Shown here one piece after another: positions 32,716 to 43,803 of a stretch of 64,000 bases of DNA. The position numbers were made by a program, and so were the translations under genes. Position 1 is the stretch's first letter, and each line of letters begins with the position of its first letter. Where the stretch lies: the NCBI GenBank assembly GCA_934098375.1, contig CAKOOC010000002.1:26383-90382 (forward strand), given 5' to 3'. The notes under the pieces are model-generated. The model ran no database searches. It was not told the origin of the DNA and saw nothing but the letters and a program-made list of their open reading frames with translations. The DNA comes from an uncultured Bacilli bacterium. Lineage in GTDB: Bacteria; Bacillota_I; Bacilli_A; RF39; UBA660.

Positions 32716-34173
32716 ATGAAAAAAACACTTTTTAAAAACACAATATATAAAGCATTATTAAGTTTTGCCAATATAGTTATTCCTTTATTAGTTGGGCCAT
32801 ATATTGTGAAACTTTTAAATGTAGAATTATACGGAACATACAATAAAGTTTACGCTGATTTTCAGTTTTTTCTGACATTTGCCTCATTTGGTATTTATAC
32901 TTATGGAATTAGAGAAATTAGTAAGATTCGTGATAATAAAGAGAAAGTTTCAAAACTATTAAGCAATTTATTTTTATTATCTTTATTATCTAATATATGT
33001 GTAGGATTAATTTACTTTATATATGCTAAATTAATTTCATCTGGTATTACTTACACTTTATATCTCATTATGTTGATTCAAATTGTCGGTAATATTTTTT
33101 ATATAGAATTTGTTAATGAAGCTCTAGAAAATTATCAATTTATCACTATTAAAACTCTCATTATAAAAATACTATATATGTTATCTTTGTTTATTTTTGT
33201 TAAAAAAACTGACGATGTAATTATATATTCAATAATAATATGCTTAACAGTATTTTTAAATAATATTGTTAGTTTTATTTATGCTAAAAGAAGGATAAAA
33301 TTTAATTTTTCAGAAATTAAATTTAGAAAATATATAAAGCCTATATTTGGAGTATTTATTATAACTAATATTGACTTATTATATAGTCAATTAGATAAGG
33401 TAATGTTAGGAAAATTTACAAGTAATGTTGCTGTTACCCTATATTATATTCCTTATTATATAGTTTCTACCCTATCAGCTATTCCTTATGCTATAATCAA
33501 CGTTTCAATTCCTAGACTATCTTATTTAATAGAAAATGAAGGAAAGGAAAACTACGAAAAAACGCTAAATAAATCATTATCATCTTTATTATTTATTATA
33601 ATTCCTATGTGTATAGGTGTATTTGTATTAGCCAAAGAGGTTGTTGTTTTGTATGCTGGTGAAAAATATATAAGTATGGTTTCTACCTTAATGTTAGCTT
33701 GCATTATAAGGATTATAATAAGTATTCAGTCGACAATGATAAATTTAGTTATGTATCCTAATAATCAAGAGAAAAAAATTATAACCTATAGTTTTATATG
33801 CGGAATTATTAATTTATTATTTAATATAGTATTAGTTATTTTTAAAATATTTACACCATTTATGTGCATGTTTACAACTGGTATAGTTGAATTATTATTA
33901 AGTATACTGCTATATAATTTTATTAAAAGAAAACTAAATATAAAATATAACTTATTTACAAAGCAAAATTTTATGTATTTAATACTATCTTTAAGCTTTA
34001 TTCCGATATCCTTATTAATAAGACTTGCTAATTTTGGATTTGTTTTAAATTTACTATTAATCATTTTTATATGTGTTATTCTATATGTTGGTATATTATT
34101 TTATAAAAAAGATGAGAATTTATTTTTGATAATTAATAAATTTTTTGGAAAGTTGAGGAAAAAACAAAAATGA
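32716..34173 (+). CDS. polysaccharide biosynthesis protein / Wzx-type flippase (MOP superfamily)
   Basis: The ~485-aa product has ~14 TM helices and an N-terminus typical of PST-family flippases. Confidence 0.6.
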   Translation: MKKTLFKNTIYKALLSFANIVIPLLVGPYIVKLLNVELYGTYNKVYADFQFFLTFASFGIYTYGIREISKIRDNKEKVSKLLSNLFLLSLLSNICVGLIYFIYAKLISSGITYTLYLIMLIQIVGNIFYIEFVNEALENYQFITIKTLIIKILYMLSLFIFVKKTDDVIIYSIIICLTVFLNNIVSFIYAKRRIKFNFSEIKFRKYIKPIFGVFIITNIDLLYSQLDKVMLGKFTSNVAVTLYYIPYYIVSTLSAIPYAIINVSIPRLSYLIENEGKENYEKTLNKSLSSLLFIIIPMCIGVFVLAKEVVVLYAGEKYISMVSTLMLACIIRIIISIQSTMINLVMYPNNQEKKIITYSFICGIINLLFNIVLVIFKIFTPFMCMFTTGIVELLLSILLYNFIKRKLNIKYNLFTKQNFMYLILSLSFIPISLLIRLANFGFVLNLLLIIFICVILYVGILFYKKDENLFLIINKFFGKLRKKQK

Positions 34174-35225
34174 AAAAATTAATGGTTGCAACGGGTTACA
34201 TGGGATCTGGTTCTTCTGCTGTAACTGATTTGCTTGCTGAATACAAAGATTGTTTTAATGAATATAAATCATTTGAGTATGTATTCTTACATTGTCCCAA
34301 TGGTTTATTTGATTTAGAAGATCACTTACTAATTGGTAATAATGCCATTAAAAGTGATGCATCATTAAGATTATTTGAAGAACAAATGAAAAAATTATAC
34401 GATAAACCATTTTGGTGGGTCGGTAATTACAAAAAAATAATAGGGCCAAAATTTATGGATTATACAGAAGAATTTGTTGAAAAAATAACTCAGTTTAAAT
34501 TTTCTGGTTTTTGGTATTATCAAGAAGAAGTTAACTTTAACATGTTCTTAAAATTACTAGTTAGAAAACCTTTTAAAATGATAACTAAAAATAAATGCTT
34601 TAATAAGCCTGTATTAAAATATAATGATGGAATGAAATTAACATATATTAAACCTGAAGAATTTTATCCTGCTGCTAAAGAGTATATAAATAAGGTTTTA
34701 AATGAAGCATCCAAAGGTCATGATAACATAATTATGGACCAGTTATTACTTCCCTTTAATTTATTTAGAGTAGATAACTATTTTGGAGATGAATTAAAAG
34801 TTATTGTTGTTGATCGTGATCCAAGAGATGTATATATTATAAATAAATATATTTGGCCGAGCAGAAAAATAACTGTACCATTTCCTACAGACGCAGAAAA
34901 ATTTTGCGAAGTATATAAAAATATGCGCGAAATGGAAAAACCATGCCATTCTGAAAAAGTGTTAAGAATTCATTTTGAAGATTTAATTTATAAATATGAT
35001 GATACCGTTAAGAAAATAGAAAAATTTATTGGCTTTAAACCCGAAGACCATATAAATAAAAAAACACGCTTTATTCCAGAAATGTCTATCAAAAATACAC
35101 AAATATATAGTAGTGAAGCCTATAAAGATGAAATTAAAATAATTGAAAACAAACTTAAATCATATTTATATAAGTTTCCTTACAAAATAGATAATAAGGT
35201 AGAAGAAACGGTAGAGTTCGATTAG
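34170..35225 (+). CDS. hypothetical protein, sulfotransferase-like (P-loop GSGSS + RDPRD motifs)
   Basis: ATGYMGSGSSAVTDLL resembles a PAPS 5'-phosphosulfate-binding loop. VIVVDRDPRDVYI resembles the 3'-phosphate-binding motif of Sulfotransfer_3-type enzymes. Confidence 0.35.
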   Translation: MKKLMVATGYMGSGSSAVTDLLAEYKDCFNEYKSFEYVFLHCPNGLFDLEDHLLIGNNAIKSDASLRLFEEQMKKLYDKPFWWVGNYKKIIGPKFMDYTEEFVEKITQFKFSGFWYYQEEVNFNMFLKLLVRKPFKMITKNKCFNKPVLKYNDGMKLTYIKPEEFYPAAKEYINKVLNEASKGHDNIIMDQLLLPFNLFRVDNYFGDELKVIVVDRDPRDVYIINKYIWPSRKITVPFPTDAEKFCEVYKNMREMEKPCHSEKVLRIHFEDLIYKYDDTVKKIEKFIGFKPEDHINKKTRFIPEMSIKNTQIYSSEAYKDEIKIIENKLKSYLYKFPYKIDNKVEETVEFD

Positions 35226-35234
35226 GTAGTGCCA

Positions 35235-36065
35235 ATGAAAGATTATAAACGTGATTTACAATTATGTATTTTAGAAATAGTAAAAGATATAGACAAAGTA
35301 TGTAAAAAGCATAATATTGAATATTTTTTAGCATATGGTTCTGTTTTAGGAGCAATTAGGCACCAAGGTTTTATTCCATGGGATGATGATTTTGACATAA
35401 TGATAAAATATGAACAGTACAATGAGTTTTTAGAAGCTTGTCAAAAAGATTTAGATCCTAATAAATACTTTGTTCAAACGCCCGAAACGGAGCCTAATTA
35501 TTATTTATCTTTTGCTAAAATACGTAATATTAAAACGACACTTATTGAAGAAGGGAATAAATATGAAAACATTACAAATGGAGTTTATGTTGATGTATTT
35601 CCTTTAGTAGGTGTTCCAAATAGTAAAATAAAAAGAAAGATCTTAGAAATAAATCGTGCTTTTGCGTTATCAGCAAATCGAAATGTTATAAATAGCAAAT
35701 TTTTATACAATATATTTAAAATCTTTTTAAAATTATTCGGGAAAAAAAGAATTTTAAAATATACGACTAAAAAATGCTTAAAATATAATTGTGATGACTA
35801 TGAAAACTGTGTTTCTATATTTGATGGTGATGGTTTTGATTTAAATGTCGTTTCTAACAAAGTTTTAGGCAAACCCAATTATGTTAAATTTGAGGATATA
35901 AAATTACCAATTCCTAACGATTCTGATTCTTATTTAAAGAAAATATATGGTGATTATATGCAGATTCCAAGTCCTAAACAAATTAAAGCAAAAGAACATA
36001 AACCATACATAATTGATTTAAAACACTCCTATGAAGAATATACAAAAATAAATGAAAAGAGCTGA
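35235..36065 (+). CDS. LicD-family phospho-alcohol transferase (phosphocholine/phosphonate transferase-like)
   Basis: It carries the LicD motif (YGSVLGAIRHQGFIPWDDDFDIMI) and a PLVG.P region. Confidence 0.75.
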   Translation: MKDYKRDLQLCILEIVKDIDKVCKKHNIEYFLAYGSVLGAIRHQGFIPWDDDFDIMIKYEQYNEFLEACQKDLDPNKYFVQTPETEPNYYLSFAKIRNIKTTLIEEGNKYENITNGVYVDVFPLVGVPNSKIKRKILEINRAFALSANRNVINSKFLYNIFKIFLKLFGKKRILKYTTKKCLKYNCDDYENCVSIFDGDGFDLNVVSNKVLGKPNYVKFEDIKLPIPNDSDSYLKKIYGDYMQIPSPKQIKAKEHKPYIIDLKHSYEEYTKINEKS

Positions 36066-36070
36066 ATAAA

Positions 36071-37186
36071 TTGAAAAAAAAAATACTATTTATTATTTGG
36101 TCATATTCTAGTGGTGGCGGTGCTGAAAAAATATTGAATAATCTTATAGATGAATTGTCTAAAGATAATTATGAAATAGATGTATTAGAGTATTGGAAGG
36201 CAAATACCACCACTATTAACCATAATATAACAACTTTTAATTCCATTGTAGATCCAAAAATTGATAAAAAAATCAGCCGTGTTATAAAAAAATTTTTAGT
36301 TTATTTTTTTCCAGTAATATTAAGAAAAAAATATATGCCATCAAAATATGATGCAGAAATATCCTTTAATTACATGATTCCAACGTTTTTATTAAATAAA
36401 AATACGCCAAAAATATCTTGGATCCATGGTGATATATATGATTTACAAAATAATAAATTTAATAAAAAAATTCAAGAATTTTATTTAAAACGAGTAAACA
36501 ACATAGTTGCAATTTCTAATAATACTTATCAATCAATAATTGATGTTTATCCAAAATTTAAAGAAAAAACAATAATTATTAATAATTCTTATAATTTTGA
36601 TGAAATATTAACCAAATCTAAGGAATTTAAAGTTGCCAAAAAAGCAAAAATTAAACGCATTTTATTTCTTGGAAGATTAGATAATAACAAAAATCCATTG
36701 TTTTTGATTGATATTGCAAAAACAGTTTCTATACCTAATTTTGAAATTTATATAATTGGAGATGGTGAACTAAAAACGGAAATAAAAGAGCAAATTGAAA
36801 TTAATAATCTAAATGAAAAAGTGATACTGTTAAATTATCAAAAAAATCCATACCCATACATAGCAAGTTCGGATATATTAATATGTTGTTCAAAAAGCGA
36901 AGGATTTCCAACAACTATTGCTGAAGGGATGATATTAGGAAAACCATTTGTAAGCATGAATGTAGGCGGAGTAGAGGAACTATCTGAAAATGGAAACTGT
37001 GGCTTAGTAGCCAAAAATAAATATGAATTTATCGATAATTTACAAAAATTGATGACAAATTTTGAATTATATAATAAAATGAGTATGAATTGTTTCGAAT
37101 ACATTAAAAGATTTTCTCCTGAAAAGCAATGTGAGAAAGTTAAAAAATTGCTAGAAAATATGAAAGGTAATAATAACAATGACTAA
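36071..37186 (+). CDS. glycosyltransferase family 4
   Basis: It has a TTG start and the GT-B C-terminal motif EGFPTTIAEGMILGKPFVSMNVGG. Confidence 0.65.
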   Translation: MKKKILFIIWSYSSGGGAEKILNNLIDELSKDNYEIDVLEYWKANTTTINHNITTFNSIVDPKIDKKISRVIKKFLVYFFPVILRKKYMPSKYDAEISFNYMIPTFLLNKNTPKISWIHGDIYDLQNNKFNKKIQEFYLKRVNNIVAISNNTYQSIIDVYPKFKEKTIIINNSYNFDEILTKSKEFKVAKKAKIKRILFLGRLDNNKNPLFLIDIAKTVSIPNFEIYIIGDGELKTEIKEQIEINNLNEKVILLNYQKNPYPYIASSDILICCSKSEGFPTTIAEGMILGKPFVSMNVGGVEELSENGNCGLVAKNKYEFIDNLQKLMTNFELYNKMSMNCFEYIKRFSPEKQCEKVKKLLENMKGNNNND

Positions 37187-38162
37187 AGAAAGAGTATCAA
37201 TAGTAGTACCAGTATATAATGTTAAAGATTATTTAGATAAATGTTTAAATACATTAGTAAATCAAACTATGAAAGACATTGAAATAATTATAGTTAATGA
37301 TGGAAGCACAGATGATAGTTATAAAATTATTGATAAATATGCAAAAAAATACTCTAAAATAATTAAAGTTTTAAACCAACAAAATCAAGGCTTAAGCGAT
37401 GCCAGAAATAATGGTTTAAAATTAGCAACTGCTGACTATGTCATGTTTGTTGATAGTGATGATTATTTAAATCTCGATGCGGTGGAAAAAGCGTATAAAA
37501 AAATAACAGGCGAAAAAGCCGATGTCGTAATTTTTGGCAACAATGTTGTTGATGAATCAGGAAATATTATATCTGCAACTTATCCAAGTAAAACAATATA
37601 TAATAATGAGCTTGAAAAGATTATTTTTGGTAATATGTGTGCCTGGAATAAAATTTATAAAAAATCATTAATAGAAAAAAGTGATTTTAAATTTAGAAGC
37701 AAAGTATGGTATGAAGATCTTGACTATAGTTTTAAAGCTTTTGTAGAAGCACAAAAAACATCTTTTTTAGAAGAAAATCTATATAATTATTTAATAAGAG
37801 CAAATTCTATTATGAATAGTCAAAAAGCCAATCGAAATTTAGAAATTTTAGATGCTATTGATGAAATTATTTCATACGCAAATAAACACAAAATCTATAA
37901 AAAGTATTATAATGTAATTGAATATTTGTGTGTTTATCATGTTTATATTTGTGCCATTACAAGAGTAATAAATATGAAAATAAACCACAATCAAAAAAAA
38001 GAATTAATGAATAAATTTATTCATTATACTAAAAACAATTTTCCTGAATTCAAGAAAAATTGTTATTTAAATAAGATGCCAGCTAATAAAAAAATTGTTT
38101 ATAAATTAATTGACTTAAGGCAATTTTGGTTAATAAAATTAGCATTCGCAATAAAAAGATAG
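37179..38162 (+). CDS. glycosyltransferase family 2
   Basis: VSIVVPVYNVKDYL...IIIVNDGSTDDS with a DSDD motif. Confidence 0.75.
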   Translation: MTKERVSIVVPVYNVKDYLDKCLNTLVNQTMKDIEIIIVNDGSTDDSYKIIDKYAKKYSKIIKVLNQQNQGLSDARNNGLKLATADYVMFVDSDDYLNLDAVEKAYKKITGEKADVVIFGNNVVDESGNIISATYPSKTIYNNELEKIIFGNMCAWNKIYKKSLIEKSDFKFRSKVWYEDLDYSFKAFVEAQKTSFLEENLYNYLIRANSIMNSQKANRNLEILDAIDEIISYANKHKIYKKYYNVIEYLCVYHVYICAITRVINMKINHNQKKELMNKFIHYTKNNFPEFKKNCYLNKMPANKKIVYKLIDLRQFWLIKLAFAIKR

Positions 38163-38179
38163 TTAGTAAGGTGGTATTT

Positions 38180-39652
38180 ATGAATAATTTTTTAAAAAAA
38201 ATAAAGGATAATTGGCTATTATTTTTTATAATGATTCAACCTATTATAGATGTAATTGCTTATTTTCAAACAAAAACAATAGAAAAATCATATTCTTGGA
38301 TAATTAGAATTATTCTACTTGTGATAATGGCTTTTTTTGTTTTTAAAAACTCTAAAAACAAAAAAAAATTATTAATTGAATTATTTCCTTTTGCAATATT
38401 TTTTGTTCTACATATTATAAATTTATATAGAATTAATAGTTTAAATTTATTATTAGATGTAAAATATTTTGTATTAGTATTTCAGATGCCAATTCTTACA
38501 ATTATGATGATAGACTATGTAAAGAATCGTCCTGATTGCATTTTATTAATAAAAAAAGGAATGTTTTACTCATTTTTAATAATCTTTTTTGTTATAGCAT
38601 TTTCGTATATAACAAATACATATGAAGTCACTTATGAATATAGTAATACAGGAATAATTGGATGGTTTACAGGATCGAATACGCCAAGCATGATTTTATG
38701 TGCCTTATGTCCATGGGCAATATGTTATAGTTTTAAAAAAAATGATTTTATCTTTTTAATAACGTATATAATTGCATTTGTTATGTTATATTATAATGCG
38801 ACTAAAGCTTGTTATATTACACTGGTTACGTATTCTATTGTAATGTTATTTAATTCTTTTATAGTCAAGAAAAATTTTAATGAAAAAATAACAAAAATTA
38901 TCATTTCTGCACTAATTGTTTTTTTAGCAGGCTTCTTATATAAGTATTCATTTACTGCTATAAATGTTAGCAAATCACAACATAACATAGAACTTAATCA
39001 AAAAGAAATAAGCAAAATTAATAATAAACCGCAGGAAATCACACAACCAACAAAGCCTAATAATAGTAAACCAAATACAACAACAAAAAATGTCGAAAAA
39101 ACTGAAGACCAGAAAATAGTAGAAATATTAAAAATTAGTCATATATATGCCGAATTAATGGAATTACATGGGGAAGAGAAAGTAGTAAAATATATGAGAA
39201 ACAATCTTACTCCGGAAAAGTTAGCAAATAATAGACTTTTAAAGGTCATTAACGCTAAAATCGAAACAGAGGATTCAGACTTTTTAACAAGAGTATTAGG
39301 TGCTGGATATAGTAGATTTGCTGCAAATTCATATGATTTAGAAACCGATTTAGATGCCATTTTCTACTATTATGGTTATCTAGGGTTTGGTATTTATATG
39401 GTATTTATTTTGTATTTTCTTATCATTGCTTTTGTAAAATTTGTAAAAACACCGAATATTATTAGAAATGCTGAATTTGTAACTTTATGCTACTTAATTC
39501 CTTTGTTAGTTGGCGGAGGCCAATATTCAGGTGCCTTCTTAAGAAAACCTAATGCAAATATTTATCTATCTTTATTCTTAGTATTAATGTATGTTTTATG
39601 TAAACAAACCAGTAACTTAAAAAAAAAACTGCTAACTCTAAAAAGAAGGTAA
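38180..39652 (+). CDS. O-antigen polymerase/ligase-like (Wzy-type) polytopic membrane protein
   Basis: The product is ~490 aa with 10 or more TM helices and a large hydrophilic loop. ATG 38180 follows AAGGTGG. Confidence 0.5.
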   Translation: MNNFLKKIKDNWLLFFIMIQPIIDVIAYFQTKTIEKSYSWIIRIILLVIMAFFVFKNSKNKKKLLIELFPFAIFFVLHIINLYRINSLNLLLDVKYFVLVFQMPILTIMMIDYVKNRPDCILLIKKGMFYSFLIIFFVIAFSYITNTYEVTYEYSNTGIIGWFTGSNTPSMILCALCPWAICYSFKKNDFIFLITYIIAFVMLYYNATKACYITLVTYSIVMLFNSFIVKKNFNEKITKIIISALIVFLAGFLYKYSFTAINVSKSQHNIELNQKEISKINNKPQEITQPTKPNNSKPNTTTKNVEKTEDQKIVEILKISHIYAELMELHGEEKVVKYMRNNLTPEKLANNRLLKVINAKIETEDSDFLTRVLGAGYSRFAANSYDLETDLDAIFYYYGYLGFGIYMVFILYFLIIAFVKFVKTPNIIRNAEFVTLCYLIPLLVGGGQYSGAFLRKPNANIYLSLFLVLMYVLCKQTSNLKKKLLTLKRR

Positions 39653-39659
39653 CCTTTTT

Positions 39660-40782
39660 ATGTTTACATCTAGGATATGGTGGAATAGAAACAGCAACTA
39701 TTAATAGTGCCAATGCCCTTTGTCGTAACTATGATGTTGATATAGTGTCTTTCTATAATTTAAAGCAAAATCAAGCGAGTTTACTTGATAAAAAAGTTAA
39801 AGTAAAATATCTTTGTAAACATGAACCTAATAAAGATGTCTTTCTAGATTATATTCATAAACATCAATTTTTAAAAGCATTTAAAGAAGGGATAATTGCT
39901 GTTATAATTTTATTACAAAAGAAACTCTTAATTATTAATGAAATCGAAAATAATCAATCAGATGCTATTGTATCAACTCGATATGATTTTAGTACTTTAT
40001 TAAGTCACTATGGCAAAGAAGAAACAATAAAAATTGCTCAGGAGCATCACCATCATAATAATGATAAAAAATATATAAACATTTTAAAAACAAAATATTA
40101 CAACATTGATTATTTATGTGCGCTAACAAAAAGTTTAAAAAAAGATTATGAAGTCTTCTTAAAAAATAATCATCACACTAAAATTGTATTACTACCTAAT
40201 ATTTTAATTAATAATGTAACTAGCCAGTCTGATTTAAAACATAAAAATATCATTAGTGTTAGTAGATTAGATAAAGGTAAAAAAATAGATGACTTAATTA
40301 CAATTTTTTCTAAATTGAAAAATCAAGATTCTAAATTATATATTATTGGTAATGGTACTGAAATGAATAATCTTAAAAATTTAACTAAAAATTTAGGTAT
40401 CACAGAAAGAGTAACCTTTACTGGTTATTTAAGTCATCGCGAGCAAGAAAAATATTATTTAGATTCAAGTATCTTTGCGATGACATCAATATCCGAAGGC
40501 TTACCCATGGTTTTACTAGAAGCCATGTCTTATGGTCTACCTTGTATCGCTTATAAAACTGATTCCGGTGTAGAAGATATCATAAGTAACAATGAAAATG
40601 GTTACATAATTAAAAGCCGCAATGAAAAAGAATATATTGAAAAATTAGATGCCATATTAAATAACTCTAAAGAAGTAAAAAAATTAGGTGCAAATGCATT
40701 AAAAACAACTAAAAATTTTGAGCCAGATGAAATACTTAAAATCTGGAATAAAATTTTAAATGATTGTGAGATAGGTTTATGA
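39660..40782 (+). CDS. glycosyltransferase family 4, apparent +1 frameshift immediately after the start codon
   Basis: The GT4 frame (LHLGYGGIETATIN...EGLPMVLLEAMSYGLPCIAYKTDSG) has no in-frame start. An RBS-linked ATG at 39660 is out of frame by one extra T in ATGTTT. Confidence 0.55.
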
Positions 40783-41819
40783 AAACAAAAAGTAGAAAAG
40801 TATACTTAGATTTATTAAAAATAATTTCCAGTTTTGCTGTTATTGCTATGCATTTATGTTGTGTAAAGGAAGGAAGCAAAATAAACTGGGCCATTTTCAA
40901 AATTTTTAATACTTTAGGTAATTTTGCTGTTCCGATTTTTGTTATGGTTTCTGGCGCTTTACTTCTTAATAAAAATAAAAAAATCACATGTAAAGATATA
41001 TATTTAAAATATATTCCAAGAGTTATAATATCCCTTTGCTTTGTTAATTTCCTTATTTATATAATAAATAGTATTTTAGATTGTAATTTTAGTGTTCATT
41101 ATTTATTTATGAGTGTCATCAATGTGTTTATAAATAATGTACCAGTTCCTTATTGGTATATTTATATGTTAATTGGATTGTATATCATTACTCCAATTTT
41201 AAAATCCTGGATTAATAAAACAGACGAAAAAATTATTGAATATTATTTACTAATATTTATTGCTTATCGAATAATAATCTACACTTTATTAAACATTCCT
41301 AATCTAGAAATAATGTCAAAATTTGTTTCTGTATATAATTCATTCCAATTGCCATTAATTACTGGATATTGTGGATATTATGTCTTAGGTTATTACCTAG
41401 ATAATAAGGTATTTAAAAAAGTTAATAATAAATGGTTATGGGCTATTTTAGTTATATTCACAATAATAACATGTGCTTTAGAACTTCATTTTAGTTCTCT
41501 AAATGAATTAAGTAATGGATCATCTATTGCTTCTGACGTCTTTTCTATTAACATATTTATAATATCTACTTTATTATTTCTTTGCTGCAAAAATAGTTTT
41601 ACAAAAGATAGCAATAAATTTATATTTAATATTTCCAGTAAAACTTATGGAATATACCTATACCACGTATTAGGATTACAGTTACTTTCTAGATTTAATG
41701 TAGGTAGAGAAAATGCCTTCATGTATGTAATAGGATGCGCAACAAGTATATTTATATTTTCCTATATATGCACATATTTAACTCAAAAAATTCCTATAAT
41801 TGGAAAATATTTTAAGTAA
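40779..41819 (+). CDS. acyltransferase family 3 (polysaccharide O-acyltransferase)
   Basis: It has about 10 TM helices and an Acyl_transf_3 N-terminal pattern (YLDLLKIISSFAVIAMH). Confidence 0.65.
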   Translation: MKTKSRKVYLDLLKIISSFAVIAMHLCCVKEGSKINWAIFKIFNTLGNFAVPIFVMVSGALLLNKNKKITCKDIYLKYIPRVIISLCFVNFLIYIINSILDCNFSVHYLFMSVINVFINNVPVPYWYIYMLIGLYIITPILKSWINKTDEKIIEYYLLIFIAYRIIIYTLLNIPNLEIMSKFVSVYNSFQLPLITGYCGYYVLGYYLDNKVFKKVNNKWLWAILVIFTIITCALELHFSSLNELSNGSSIASDVFSINIFIISTLLFLCCKNSFTKDSNKFIFNISSKTYGIYLYHVLGLQLLSRFNVGRENAFMYVIGCATSIFIFSYICTYLTQKIPIIGKYFK

Positions 41820-41829
41820 GGAGAAAAAC

Positions 41830-42540
41830 ATGAAAAAAATATTTGAAAGATTATATACAAAATCGTTTACAAGTTTTTGTGAACTATTAAAAAACAAGAT
41901 TGATAATAATGAAAAAACTTTTATTATTACCGCTAATCCTGAAACATTTATGTTAAGTGAGCAAGATTCTGAAATGCAAAAAATGCTAAATGATAAAAAA
42001 GTAACAATTGTACCAGATGGTATTGGAGTAGTTAAAGCTGCCAAAATGATTAACATAAATGTAAAAGAAAGAATTGCCGGTATTGATATTGCTAAATTTC
42101 TTCTTGAATATGCTAATGAAAAAAAATTAAAAGTTTATTTATTTGGAAGTAAAGAAGAAGTTATTGTAGGAATGAAAAATGTTATCAAAAAAGATTACAG
42201 TAGCATTAAATTAGTTGGTGCTACAAATGGCTATGTAACTGACAAAGATAACGAATTTAAAAATATTAAAAAAGCAAACCCCGACATTGTTATGGTGGCT
42301 CTTGGTATACCAGCCCAAGAAAAATTAATATACAAACATTTAGATGAATTTAAAAAAGGTGTTTTTATTGGTGTAGGTGGCTCTTTTGACGTATTAAGTG
42401 GAACTAAAAAAAGAGCACCCAAAATATTTATTAAATTAAATTTAGAATGGTTATATCGAATCATGTGTGAGCCTAAAAGATTAAAGAGATTTTGGAATAG
42501 TAATGTTAAATTTTTATTTAAAGTAAAAAAGTATAAGTAG
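41830..42540 (+). CDS. tagA: WecG/TagA/CpsF-family glycosyltransferase (N-acetylmannosaminyltransferase-like)
   Basis: GT26 pattern (ITANPE...VPDGIGVV...KVYLFGSKEEV). ATG 41830 follows AAGGAG. Confidence 0.7.
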   Translation: MKKIFERLYTKSFTSFCELLKNKIDNNEKTFIITANPETFMLSEQDSEMQKMLNDKKVTIVPDGIGVVKAAKMININVKERIAGIDIAKFLLEYANEKKLKVYLFGSKEEVIVGMKNVIKKDYSSIKLVGATNGYVTDKDNEFKNIKKANPDIVMVALGIPAQEKLIYKHLDEFKKGVFIGVGGSFDVLSGTKKRAPKIFIKLNLEWLYRIMCEPKRLKRFWNSNVKFLFKVKKYK

Positions 42541-42547
42541 GTGAAAA

Positions 42548-43654
42548 ATGATTAAAGTATTAAGTATATTTGGAACAAGACCAGAGGCAATAAAAATGGC
42601 TCCTCTTGTTAAAGAATTAGAAAAAAGAAAAGAAATCGAAAGTCTTGTATGTGTTACTGCTCAGCATAGAGAAATGTTAGATCAAGTTTTAGAAACATTT
42701 GAAATAAAACCTGATTATGATTTAAATATTATGAAACCAGGGCAAACTTTAGGTGACATTACAACAAGAGCACTAACTGGCCTTGAAGAAGTTATTAAAG
42801 AGTGTAAACCTGATATAGTGTTAGTTCATGGTGATACAACAACAACCTTCGCAGGAGCCTTAGCCGCTTTTTATAATCAAGTTGCGATTGGCCATGTTGA
42901 AGCCGGACTTAGAACTAATGATAAATATAGTCCTTATCCTGAAGAAATGAATAGACAGATGGTCGATTGTATGACCGATATGTATTTTGCTCCCACTGAA
43001 TTAAGCAAACAAAACTTAATTTCTGAAAATATAGATGCCAGTAAAATTTATGTTACCGGAAATACAGCCATTGATGCTATGTCTACAACTATTAAAGATG
43101 ATTATAATAATGAATATTTAAATTGGGTAAAAGAAAATGAAAAACTAATCTTAGTAACTGCTCATAGAAGAGAAAACTTAGGTGATCCCATGAGAAATAT
43201 ATTTAAAGCAATAAAAAGAATTGTTAATGATTTTAATGATGTAAAAGTAATTTATCCAATTCATATGAATCCTAAAGTACGAAGTGTAGCAAATGAAGTA
43301 TTTGCAGATTGTGATAAAGTAAAATTAATTGAACCACTAGAAGTTATTGATTTTCATAATTTTATTAACAAATGTTATATGATTATGTCTGATAGTGGTG
43401 GCGTACAAGAGGAGGCTCCATCTCTTGGAAAACCTGTTTTAGTCTTAAGAGATACTACTGAGCGTCCTGAAGGAATAAAAGCGGGAACTCTTAAATTAGT
43501 TGGTACAAATGAAAATACAATATATAATGAAGCAAAAACTTTATTAACCGATAAATCTGAATACGAGAAAATGAGCCATGCATCTAATCCATATGGCGAC
43601 GGACTTGCTAGTAAAAGAATTGTTGATGCTATTATTGCACAATTTCAAAATTAA
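42548..43654 (+). CDS. mnaA: UDP-N-acetylglucosamine 2-epimerase (non-hydrolysing)
   Basis: It starts MIKVLSIFGTRPEAIKMAPLV and carries the HVEAGLRT motif. Confidence 0.9.
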   Translation: MIKVLSIFGTRPEAIKMAPLVKELEKRKEIESLVCVTAQHREMLDQVLETFEIKPDYDLNIMKPGQTLGDITTRALTGLEEVIKECKPDIVLVHGDTTTTFAGALAAFYNQVAIGHVEAGLRTNDKYSPYPEEMNRQMVDCMTDMYFAPTELSKQNLISENIDASKIYVTGNTAIDAMSTTIKDDYNNEYLNWVKENEKLILVTAHRRENLGDPMRNIFKAIKRIVNDFNDVKVIYPIHMNPKVRSVANEVFADCDKVKLIEPLEVIDFHNFINKCYMIMSDSGGVQEEAPSLGKPVLVLRDTTERPEGIKAGTLKLVGTNENTIYNEAKTLLTDKSEYEKMSHASNPYGDGLASKRIVDAIIAQFQN

Positions 43655-43803
43655 ATTAGTGAATATACTTTACTAATTTTTTTATGTAAAAACGTCTATA
43701 ACTTAAAAAAATAATATTATTTTTACGCTATTACGGTCAAAAATCGTAAATTATCTTTTTTTTATGGAAAAATTTAGTTATAATAACAATTAGAAGGTGT
43801 TAT

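Noticed and set aside
38126-38179. Upstream extensions of the Wzy-like ORF (38126), ABC SBP (27265), permease (29044), pcrA (15798) and tagA (41800)
   Set aside because: In each case a downstream ATG has a proper Shine-Dalgarno sequence, or the homologous N-terminus begins there. The upstream starts are non-ATG or overlap the preceding gene.
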